Shown here: piece by piece, positions 1 through 7,730 of the stretch
Layout of the letters: every line of letters begins with the position of its first letter
Position numbering within the stretch: position 1 is the first letter of the stretch
Assembly (NCBI GenBank): GCA_018985225.1
Contig: JADGIF010000294.1
Span: forward strand, 1-11,478
Source: Amoeboradix gromovi X-113
Taxonomy: Eukaryota; Fungi; Sanchytriomycota
Direction: 5' to 3'
DNA: 11,478 nucleotides
Notes under the pieces: model-generated
Seen by the model: the letters and a program-made list of their open reading frames with translations, nothing else
Database searches by the model: none
Told to the model about the DNA's origin: nothing
Made by a program: the position numbers and the translations under genes

Positions 1-183
1 TATGAGCAAGAGACGCTCTGAAGGATAGCGCATGAGCGCAAGGTTTGTTTACATGGCCTGATGTATTCCAAATAGCATAAAACACTTGGAAATGCCTTAC
101 TATGGTGTGGAAATGTGCGTTTACAAAGTAATCGAGATGAAAATGCTTGTTTGAGAATTTCCAAAATTATTAGAAGACTTTGA
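1..183 (+). pseudogene. Degenerate Fanzor/TnpB-like nuclease, C-terminal remnant (relic A), cut by the window edge
   Basis: Frame 1, 97-180 reads LLWCGNVRLQSNRDENACLRISKIIRRL*. This matches the Fanzor end motif LL-x-C-x2-C...NRD-x-NA-x2-I, with the second Cys (tgt) shifted out of frame. Frame 2, 2-25 reads MSKRRSEG, a possible decayed TSK-x-CS-x-C. In-frame stops at 19 and 73. Confidence 0.55.
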
Positions 184-282
184 TAGAAACGCAGAATCAC
201 TTGGTCAAACCAAGTAGCAACTTAAAAAGCAACTTGATGATAGAGTCAAATTTTAGAGCTTGTTACATGAGGTTAATGCGGT

Positions 283-1131
283 TCATTTATTCAAATCCAG
301 AGGTCTTCGTAACGATAAAACTATTTTTTCATAATCTGGTTCTTCATCTGGATCAATGAAACCATGTCTTATCATAAAGTCCACGATAACTAAAGCACAA
401 TTGGGTTTAAATTTGTTCTCCAAAATTAGCATTCGGATTTCAACTAATGATAAGAGTTGAAAAGAATCAACCTCACCATCATTAGGAGCTGGAACAAAAT
501 CATTGGGCAGATGTAGGTCATAGCAATATTGAGTTTCTGGACAAAATCCGATATCACTGAGCATAAAGTAGCTCACCATACCGGCTGCTTTACTTTTTTT
601 CGAAATATCCAGTGGTACATTAGCCTCCTCTTGGCATTCTCGAATCACCGAATCAAATTTTGATTGACCTGCAGGTATTCCGCCAGCTACCATTTGGTCC
701 AGGTATCCAGGCCAAGTTTGCTTTGAAATTGATCTTCTCGCTATCCACATTTTAACATCACCGTTTTCAGTAGTGTATCCATTTACATGTACACCATAGG
801 TGGAAATACCAAACAATCCACATCCGCTTCTTTCCAACGTGCCTATCTGGTTTTTATTGGCAATGTATATTGGATATTTTTCATCTCTCCATCCTTGTAG
901 ACAGGGAAATATAAAGGCTCTTCTCCATTCTTCCAAGAGTTGATGCAAAGTATTCGGGTCTTTTACAACGAGTTTATGGGAAGTACAAATAAACTTATCA
1001 GAATGATTGTCTCTAATCAAAGCACTGACAGCAGGCATACAATAGCCAATTTGAAAATCTTTATAGTACAAAGGAACTGTTTCTCTGCTAACAGAAACAC
1101 AATTATTCACCGACTGTACAATTTTAAGCAT
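283..1131 (-). CDS. Nudix hydrolase, YJR142W / thiamine pyrophosphokinase-related type (DUF4743 + Nudix)
   Basis: GWRDEKY, ERSGCGLFGISTYGVHVNGY, MWIARRS..KQTWPGYLDQMVAGG, Nudix box RECQEEA, PNDGEVDSF, FKPNCALVIVDFMIRHG. Confidence 0.9.
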   Translation of the reverse strand: MLKIVQSVNNCVSVSRETVPLYYKDFQIGYCMPAVSALIRDNHSDKFICTSHKLVVKDPNTLHQLLEEWRRAFIFPCLQGWRDEKYPIYIANKNQIGTLERSGCGLFGISTYGVHVNGYTTENGDVKMWIARRSISKQTWPGYLDQMVAGGIPAGQSKFDSVIRECQEEANVPLDISKKSKAAGMVSYFMLSDIGFCPETQYCYDLHLPNDFVPAPNDGEVDSFQLLSLVEIRMLILENKFKPNCALVIVDFMIRHGFIDPDEEPDYEKIVLSLRRPLDLNK

Positions 1132-1154
1132 TTACTCCTGTTTTATTTTGGAAT

Positions 1155-1403
1155 ATGGAAACCCCAACTGCAACAGGCATCAGACCGCGAGAGAGAGCTA
1201 CTTCGAGAAGAAGTAAAGAGAAACTGCAGGATGAAGGCTTTGCTGACACAGTTACCGAACAAGTTTCGATACTCGATGTGTTATCGGCTATTTTCATGGT
1301 CTCGTTGCTGATGTTAGGAATTGTTATGCTTCTTCGACATCTAGATGTTTTGGATGTTGCACTTTCTTTTCTGATTTCTGAACCTGATATAAAAAAAAAC
1401 TAA
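1155..1403 (+). CDS. Small membrane protein of unknown function (82 aa)
   Basis: ATG-initiated ORF filling the gap between two genes. Basic/polar N-terminus followed by a hydrophobic segment ([19 protein letters not shown]). Confidence 0.6.
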   Translation: METPTATGIRPRERATSRRSKEKLQDEGFADTVTEQVSILDVLSAIFMVSLLMLGIVMLLRHLDVLDVALSFLISEPDIKKN

Positions 1404-1503
1404 CAAACTCTCAATAGAAAATCAAAGTAAATCAAATTATAGAAAGCACAATTTCCTCTTAACCATACTTGATTTTGTCGAATTCGAAATCGATGATTTT
1501 TTA

Positions 1504-2019
1504 ATGTTGAAACGTGTCATGGTTACTACTTCTGAAGCTACATTTGCTGCCGGCTGTTTTTGGTCCATTGAACTAGTTTTTCAGAGAGAACTTGGAGTTG
1601 TATCAACAAAAGTTGGGTATACAGGAGGTGATTTGAAGAATCCCACATATGAACAAGTATGTTCGGGGGAAACTGGTCACGCTGAAGCTGTCCATTTGAC
1701 TTATAACCCAGATACCGTCACATTCGAAAGATTATTAAAAGTCTTCTGGGAGTGTCATGATCCAACTCAAAAAAACAGACAAGGCAATGACATTGGAACA
1801 CAATATCGATCTGCAATATTTTACCATTCAAATGCTCAAAAGGAAACAGCCCAGAAGTCAAAAGAACTCCAAGAAAACACATTTAAGTCAAAAATCGCTA
1901 CGGAAATTCAACCTTTCAGTAAATTTTACGACGCAGAGGAATACCACCAAAAGTATTTGGAAAAGGGCGGCCAATGCTCTAAGAAAGGCAGTAAAGACAA
2001 GATAAGATGCTATGGGTAA
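1504..2019 (+). CDS. msrA: Peptide methionine sulfoxide reductase A
   Basis: ATFAAGCFW catalytic motif, [50 protein letters not shown]-terminal IRCYG. Confidence 0.97.
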   Translation: MLKRVMVTTSEATFAAGCFWSIELVFQRELGVVSTKVGYTGGDLKNPTYEQVCSGETGHAEAVHLTYNPDTVTFERLLKVFWECHDPTQKNRQGNDIGTQYRSAIFYHSNAQKETAQKSKELQENTFKSKIATEIQPFSKFYDAEEYHQKYLEKGGQCSKKGSKDKIRCYG

Positions 2020-2043
2020 TCAAATAAATTTATTTTGAATAAT
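2020..2043. terminator. Putative bidirectional polyadenylation signal between convergent msrA and YIH1
   Basis: The 24-nt gap contains the palindrome AATAAATTTATT, i.e. AATAAA on both strands. Confidence 0.55.
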
Positions 2044-2748
2044 CTAAATCCATTTCTCCGACAACAGAAGTTCTCGGGCAAGGTTCGTGATTACTTTATA
2101 CCTTCCAGGTCCGAGTTTTATTCCCCCAAACCAGCGAGAAACAATTATTGCACAATTTTTCAGATTGTTTGATTTCATCATGAATAACACTCTTTGACCG
2201 GCGCCAATTTCTCCGTCATCGTCATAATCGCTATCGTTACGATCAAGGCAGTATGCCAATGTGTGATGAGTAGCATCCGGATATATTTGATGTATCTGAC
2301 TTATAAATACGCCGAGTTCTTGTTCCACTAAAAGCCTACACACATGCGCAATGAATGTTGACTTTTTAACAGTTAGCTTTGAAGAAGATACAAACTTGGG
2401 GATTACTGTCAATCTTGATTCAATCTGCAGGGGCCTTTTCGTAGTGGAGTCTTTTTTTAACTCAATCACAACAGTGTTCAAATAACTTGACACATTCTCA
2501 ATCAAGTCATAAAGATAGTTATCTTGGTATAATTCAGTAACATCTTTAATTATTTTGTTAACATTGCTTTGAATAACTTTAACATTTGCAACATTATTTT
2601 CGCAGGGTAAAATAGCAGCGTCTATTTTATTTTCTTGAAGAACTTCAAGATATAACTTGAAATAACGATTAACTGGGATGACTAAAACGCTTCCTTCTCT
2701 TTCTGCTTCGATATACATAGATTGTATGACATCTAATTGCTCATTCAT
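2044..2748 (-). CDS. YIH1: IMPACT/YIH1 family protein (degenerate RWD + UPF0029 domain)
   Basis: KKSTFIAH, ATHHTLAY, DDDGEIGAG, VSRWFGGIKLGPGRYKVI. The N-terminus (EQLDVIQSMY) is RWD-like. Confidence 0.88.
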   Translation of the reverse strand: MNEQLDVIQSMYIEAEREGSVLVIPVNRYFKLYLEVLQENKIDAAILPCENNVANVKVIQSNVNKIIKDVTELYQDNYLYDLIENVSSYLNTVVIELKKDSTTKRPLQIESRLTVIPKFVSSSKLTVKKSTFIAHVCRLLVEQELGVFISQIHQIYPDATHHTLAYCLDRNDSDYDDDGEIGAGQRVLFMMKSNNLKNCAIIVSRWFGGIKLGPGRYKVITNLARELLLSEKWI

Positions 2749-2779
2749 AATTGTTGTTTAAATTCAAGGAGAGCTCTTC

Positions 2780-3226
2780 ATGGCAAGGGAAATTCAACCT
2801 AAAATACCTTCTGTCAATATTACAATTGATGGTGAAGTAGTCAGAGGATTTGGTCGAGGATCAAAAGAGCTCGGCATTCCGACGGCAAACCTGGACCAGA
2901 AGAGTGCAGCAAAGCTTGAAGATTCTTTAGAAACCGGTATTTATTACGGGTACGGATATTTGAGAAATGCTAGATATCCTATGGTGATGAGTTACGGCTG
3001 GAATCCCTTTTACAAAAATACTGTCAGAAGCTGTGAAGTCCATTTGATTCAAGAACTAAACGATTTTTACGGCGAGAATTTAAAAATAACAATATTAGGC
3101 TATATCCGTCCCGAACTAGACTACACTGGTGTAGAGGATTTAATAAGAGACATAAAGATCGATATCGCCACTGCGAAAGAAATGACTAATAAGCCTGAAT
3201 ATTTACAATTTGCATTGGGAAAGTAA
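2780..3226 (+). CDS. FMN1: Monofunctional riboflavin kinase
   Basis: GEVVRGFGRGSKELGIPTANL, MVMSYGWNPFYKN, EVHLI..DFYGE, LGYIRPELDY. Confidence 0.96.
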   Translation: MAREIQPKIPSVNITIDGEVVRGFGRGSKELGIPTANLDQKSAAKLEDSLETGIYYGYGYLRNARYPMVMSYGWNPFYKNTVRSCEVHLIQELNDFYGENLKITILGYIRPELDYTGVEDLIRDIKIDIATAKEMTNKPEYLQFALGK

Positions 3227-3229
3227 AAT

Positions 3230-3502
3230 TTAGTTGTCATTTATTATGCGGAACCCATCTTTAGCTTTTCTCTCTAACTTCTCTGATATAATTTTCTTTT
3301 TCAACTCTAGTTTATTTTCAAATGCGTACAATTTAACGTCAACTAATGGTCTCAATTTTAGTATTTTACCAGCAGAAGATGGTGAGACTTCAACATAGCT
3401 ATATGAGCTGATCCTATCTAAGCCTAGAGACTCGGCTATTTTCTTTGTTGTCTTGTTCATTCCAATTAAACTACGGACCAACTGCACACGATAGTATTTC
3501 AT
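3230..3502 (-). CDS. MRPL33: Mitochondrial ribosomal protein uL30m (fungal MRPL33 type)
   Basis: YYRVQLVRSLIGM...SLGL.R...V.PSSAGKILKLRPLVDV fits the fungal uL30m pattern. Confidence 0.85.
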   Translation of the reverse strand: MKYYRVQLVRSLIGMNKTTKKIAESLGLDRISSYSYVEVSPSSAGKILKLRPLVDVKLYAFENKLELKKKIISEKLERKAKDGFRIINDN

Positions 3503-3525
3503 TTGAATTTGATACCCGTGTTACA

Positions 3526-4368
3526 ATGGAAGAACTTAAAGCTAAAGTCGCGTATAGCCTGTTACTACTAAATGTACCGCATGACAAGCTTGAAGTATAT
3601 AGCATGTCTCTTCAGACGAGATGTGCAATCCTCACCAAGCTATTACAAATGCTGGGAATATCGATTTCTTTTACGAAGAAAAGCATTAAAAGCCAATTTA
3701 TTAGCATTTCGACACATCTATCCGGTCTCAACATTGAATTTAAGCGAACTTGGTTTATGGATATTCGGCCTTCTCAACATGTTTTTACCTTAATTTTGCG
3801 TCTTTCTCAAATAGTTATGAGCCGTCACTTGGAATCGGCACATAGCAATGACAACAAGGTTTCCACTGATACAAAGCTTTTAGTGGAATCATGCGAGAGT
3901 ATTATAACCGAAACTCAGAGCCACCTGTCTGCTCTTTTTTCAGAAATTACAAAACTAGAATTGGCCGCACATAAGCTGCAGGATGCCAATAGAACTTCAA
4001 CGCTGTCTTTAACTCAAATAAACCAGGCGATGGAAAAATTGAATTACGTATTTCAATCTCCTTTTTCTGAATTTACAAATTTTAATCCACATTCTAAATA
4101 TCAGTTCGAATATCCTCAGACTTCTTCTGTACACCCACTTCTGAAGTTTGTCATCAAAGATGGCAAATGCAACTCAAGTGCAATGGTAAAAATTCTTGCA
4201 GATACAATATCATCATCTTCCTTCTCTATAACACCAAAGAATATTCCTGACTTTGATTTGAATTCTCTAGAAAAGCAACTCAGAGCTTTAGAAAGTGAGT
4301 TTTCCTTGGATTTTATGGATGAAGTTGCTTTTGTCGATCTCGGTTATTTCGAGCAACTGGAAATTTAA
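3526..4368 (+). CDS. Helical protein, possibly an augmin subunit with a HAUS6 N-terminal domain (280 aa from ATG 3526)
   Basis: Long ORF. The track's TTG start at 3445 overlaps MRPL33, so the first ATG (3526) is preferred. YSLLLLN...ILTKLLQML...FTLILRLSQIVMSRHL followed by coiled coil resembles HAUS6_N (weak). Confidence 0.45.
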   Translation: MEELKAKVAYSLLLLNVPHDKLEVYSMSLQTRCAILTKLLQMLGISISFTKKSIKSQFISISTHLSGLNIEFKRTWFMDIRPSQHVFTLILRLSQIVMSRHLESAHSNDNKVSTDTKLLVESCESIITETQSHLSALFSEITKLELAAHKLQDANRTSTLSLTQINQAMEKLNYVFQSPFSEFTNFNPHSKYQFEYPQTSSVHPLLKFVIKDGKCNSSAMVKILADTISSSSFSITPKNIPDFDLNSLEKQLRALESEFSLDFMDEVAFVDLGYFEQLEI

Positions 4369-5057
4369 GAAATAGATTAATGGATTGAAGAGCTACTCAT
4401 TAAAAGTCCTAATTAACTAGAAAGTCAAGAGTTTTTACAGAAAACCCTGCCATGGTAGTCGCTCCATTACAGAATTTTCTCACGCCTTCAGTACCCAGAG
4501 GCTGGATGAAATTAGGGTGCAAACATTCGAGTATCTTTTCCATGCTGCCATATGGTTTCCTTTTACTAGTGAAGGACTAATTCCAATCTCTCAAATATTT
4601 CTGGTTCAAATGAAGTCTATTGAAAGGGCACAAGTTATCGTTGATGTACCTCTTTTGGGTAAGAGGTGAAAACACCAAACGACTCTGTAGTGTATGAGAG
4701 AGACCCATTCAGACAAAATGTCATACTTTCTTCGTAGGAACCCGATATCTTCATGCCATCAAATAAGAAAGTTTATTAGAAATAAGAAGGGATCTGCTGT
4801 GAAGATGACAGGCGAAAGAAAGACATCTAGGTGCTGCCTTGTCTGTGAGCAAGACGATATTACAAACATTAAGACAGAATACGAGAATGGTTATCGGCTA
4901 AGATATTGCAACATATGCTCAAGTGCTAATCAGCTAAGCTATTTTGAAAAGATATTGCCAGTGCGTTTTTATATTGAGAAGAGGCTTAATAGTACATTAT
5001 GGGACTGAAACATCGTTCCAGGAGGTTCTCCGACTTAGAGTTGCAGACAATATCTGA
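4369..5057 (+). pseudogene. Degenerate Fanzor nuclease, C-terminal half (relic B; includes track ORF 4694-5008)
   Basis: VKMTGERKTSRCCLVC (4799-4846; Glu at 4814 in the Fanzor-type E-x2-TS position) and YRLRYCNIC (4892-4918). Two successive -1 shifts then give KDIASAF (4948-4968) and ILRRGL (4971-4988), matching RD-x-NAA-x-NILRRGL spacing. Upstream in the ORF frame, KVKSFYRK...FSTQRLDEI resembles the Fanzor1 FY...Q..D helix. Several in-frame stops. Confidence 0.7.
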
Positions 5058-5313
5058 GATTAGGTCCCAATTAATAATCCAAGCAATATATTGAAACTTC
5101 TGCCCTTGTTTGCACTAATTTAGCGTTACAAATAATTGTCATTATCTTTACCAAGCCAAGTTCACTACCTTCTCAGAATATCCTAATTATTAAACAGGTT
5201 TTATTGCAAAAGTTTATTTTCTAAACGAGAGCTATTCTTTTTCGCAGTTTTCTATTTTTGTATTTGATACCTCATTCTTTTTCTCAAAACGACGTAACCC
5301 AGAAATTCAAAGA

Positions 5314-6681
5314 ATGCTTAGCTCGATAAAAAATGGTAAGTTAGTTATCAGGTCTAACCAGGGATTGAAAATATATGATTTGCCATCTGTGAGTCCAATA
5401 CAGTATGGTCCAGACTCAAATCTAATAGACTTTTTGCCACTCTCTCTTTCGAGAATTCAAGATTTAAGATGTATGGATTTAGAATGGTCAAATGTTTCCT
5501 GCTATGACCTGAACTACAGTTACATAAGTGTTTCACGTGGTATTCAAGTAAAAATTTATGATATTACCACAACTAGATTAATTTACCATTTTACAGAAGA
5601 TTCAAAAATCGAAGATATAGCTATTCACCCAAAGAGCGACTACGTAGCAACTTTCTGTGAAGAAAGCGTAAGCTTGTGGAATCTCCATACAGTTGAGAAA
5701 GTCAAACAAGTTTTAATGAATGGACACGGATTTTTCACTGAAAAACATTTGGTATTGGAACAACGACACAAGAATGATAGGATTTACAAATTCGGTTTGG
5801 AAGAATACGATCTAGAAGCTCTGAGATTTGATGAGGCCGTAATAAGAGTTGAATCCTGTTTTAACGGCTGCGTGGTGTTTACAAAATCCAAGATCAAAAT
5901 ATTAAATTTCAACGAAAAGACGAAAGACATGGAGTGTGACTTTAAAATGAATTCCGTTCTTGAAGCAGTTGATAATGTGGAACATATTGCTATCGCTTTC
6001 GCAAACATTTTCAAAGTAGAGGGATATGATTTTTATTATTCTAATAATTTGATTTATTATATTCAAAGCGACAGAATTGGATATCTCAGTGTAGATATGC
6101 AAAAAGTCGATTTACCTGATTTCTGTAAATTGCTGGGTTTATTGGCGAAGCACTCTGGAAAATCTAGCGAAGTCAGTAGTTTGGAATTCGTTATGGAATC
6201 AAGAAAAGAGAAGTTAATAGACTTGCTAAATATATGGAACAGCCAGCAAGGAAACCACAAAGATGTAACCTTGAAGGTAAAAACCGTATTTCAGAATCTT
6301 CTTCTGTATCCCGTCAGAATTGATGTTTTGGATTCTTTCATAAGACAGCTATTGAAAAACAGAAGAGTATGGTTAGATCTCCACGTTGCAAAATTAGGAA
6401 TTGTCTTGCTAGATGAAACGTTTTTTAGTTTGCCAAATACCAATTTCAAAATTTACGAGTCAGCGTTCAAACCTACGATCTCAGCATTCCTATGTTTCGT
6501 AGTGGAAAGCCTTGATGATATTGTTCAATCAACTTTGAAATACCAAAACGACCCAATTATGCAGCTAGCCATAAGTTCTAAAGAGCGTGTTGCACTTTGT
6601 GTTGAAATTGTGAAGCACTTAGAGAGCATGAATCAGAAATGTTGCTGGGTCCCGAAATTCACGCTTAAAGATTCACAATAA
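5314..6681 (+). CDS. KATNB1: WD40 protein with a katanin p80-like C-terminal (con80) domain
   Basis: N-terminal WD-like blades (VKIYD, IAIHPKSDYVATF, VSLWN). C-terminal VMESRKEKL..LLNIW and ISSKERVALC resemble katanin p80 con80 motifs. Confidence 0.6.
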   Translation: MLSSIKNGKLVIRSNQGLKIYDLPSVSPIQYGPDSNLIDFLPLSLSRIQDLRCMDLEWSNVSCYDLNYSYISVSRGIQVKIYDITTTRLIYHFTEDSKIEDIAIHPKSDYVATFCEESVSLWNLHTVEKVKQVLMNGHGFFTEKHLVLEQRHKNDRIYKFGLEEYDLEALRFDEAVIRVESCFNGCVVFTKSKIKILNFNEKTKDMECDFKMNSVLEAVDNVEHIAIAFANIFKVEGYDFYYSNNLIYYIQSDRIGYLSVDMQKVDLPDFCKLLGLLAKHSGKSSEVSSLEFVMESRKEKLIDLLNIWNSQQGNHKDVTLKVKTVFQNLLLYPVRIDVLDSFIRQLLKNRRVWLDLHVAKLGIVLLDETFFSLPNTNFKIYESAFKPTISAFLCFVVESLDDIVQSTLKYQNDPIMQLAISSKERVALCVEIVKHLESMNQKCCWVPKFTLKDSQ

Positions 6682-6748
6682 ACAACTGTCGATCTGGCAA
6701 ATCTAAATTGTTTTTATTTGGTCGTTCAAAAAAATCACTTGAAACAAT

Positions 6749-7252
6749 ATGGATTATTTTTCGAAATTCAAAAGATATGAAATACTGCTAGAATTCAAAC
6801 TTCTCGCAAACAACACACCAAGGCATATGTACTTGTACCCTATGAATGACCACTACTGGAATGGCATCCTGTTTCTTCATACTGGCTTGTACAAACATGC
6901 TGTAGTCGAGTTTGAGATTGCATTTGTCAACTTTCCTGACCAAGCACCGCAAATAACTGTTAAAACATCCCTTCATCATCCGTTGATTAAACAAAGCGGC
7001 ATTTTTGACCACACATATCAATTTCCAAATTGGAAACCATCCAAAGATCATGTCTACCATTTGCTTCACTACTTTAATAACTCTTTTAGGGAAGATGTCC
7101 TTTTAATGATAAACTCAACTGCAATCGATCGCAATAAAATTTTGGAAAGTCTAAAACAACAGTCGATTCAAGGTCTCGGATCCATCGAGATTGAACCTAT
7201 AGATGATGAAATGTTTTGCAAAATGCGGCGGATAATGTTTGAAAACCAATAA
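6749..7252 (+). CDS. AKTIP: UBC-like UEV protein of the AKTIP/FTS/crossbronx family (no catalytic Cys)
   Basis: YEILLEF..L..N.P..MYLYP, WNGILFLHTGLY..AV..F, FPDQAP, HHPLI, W...KDHVYHLLHY...SF. Confidence 0.8.
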   Translation: MDYFSKFKRYEILLEFKLLANNTPRHMYLYPMNDHYWNGILFLHTGLYKHAVVEFEIAFVNFPDQAPQITVKTSLHHPLIKQSGIFDHTYQFPNWKPSKDHVYHLLHYFNNSFREDVLLMINSTAIDRNKILESLKQQSIQGLGSIEIEPIDDEMFCKMRRIMFENQ

Positions 7253-7517
7253 ATTTGCTACTTCTACGTCATTCTTGTTCCAATAAAGGATTTTGTACGT
7301 CCATCATGTCTGCGAATACACTTAAATAGTAAAGCAGTTCATTTTGAAATATGATGCTGGAAGAGTTAATATCGAGATTGCTACCTGATGATTTGTTCTC
7401 TGGATATGATAACGACCATCCTTTTCTATCGCAATAAATTTATGATACTAAATTCCCAATCCCACTTTTTTCACGTGTTTTAAAGAATCCTTTTTCAATT
7501 GTGACAATTTCAAAGTA

Positions 7518-7712
7518 ATGGACCAAATCAAATTAGCTCGTGTTGAAAAGCTACTTGGACGAACCGGTTCAAGAGGTGGAGTAACTCAAGTAAGAGTCGA
7601 ATTCATGGATGAATCTCGCAGATCAATTATTAGAAACGTTATTGGACCTGTTCGTGAAGGTGATATTCTAACTTTATTAGAATCTGAACGTGAAGCAAGA
7701 CGTTTGAGATAA
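7518..7712 (+). CDS. RPS28: 40S ribosomal protein eS28, intronless
   Basis: [48 protein letters not shown]. Confidence 0.99.
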   Translation: MDQIKLARVEKLLGRTGSRGGVTQVRVEFMDESRRSIIRNVIGPVREGDILTLLESEREARRLR

Positions 7713-7730
7713 TACAATAAATGTCTTTAT

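Noticed and set aside
940-1311. Overlapping or antisense track ORFs (940-1311, 1757-2005, 3572-3793, 5354-6260 set, 6788-7069, 7721-7909, 9532-9843)
   Set aside because: They are shadows of well-supported genes and carry no recognisable motifs.
3445-3525. 5' extension of the 307-aa ORF from a TTG
   Set aside because: It overlaps MRPL33 on the opposite strand. The context is eukaryotic and an ATG is available at 3526.
4366-4460. Protein-like read-through past TAA/TAG (EI*EID*WIEELL...), suggesting a TAR=Gln genetic code
   Set aside because: RPS28 and MsrA end in TAA exactly at their conserved C-termini, and conserved genes contain no in-frame TAR. Pseudogene decay explains the pattern.
5336-5351. 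16-nt GTAAGT...CAG intron candidate
   Set aside because: Splicing at this acceptor gives an immediate stop from either ATG. Only the 5361 acceptor works.
7349-7392. Box C/D snoRNA-like ATGATGC...CTGA
   Set aside because: Imperfect box C, too short, no terminal stem, and no recognisable rRNA guide.
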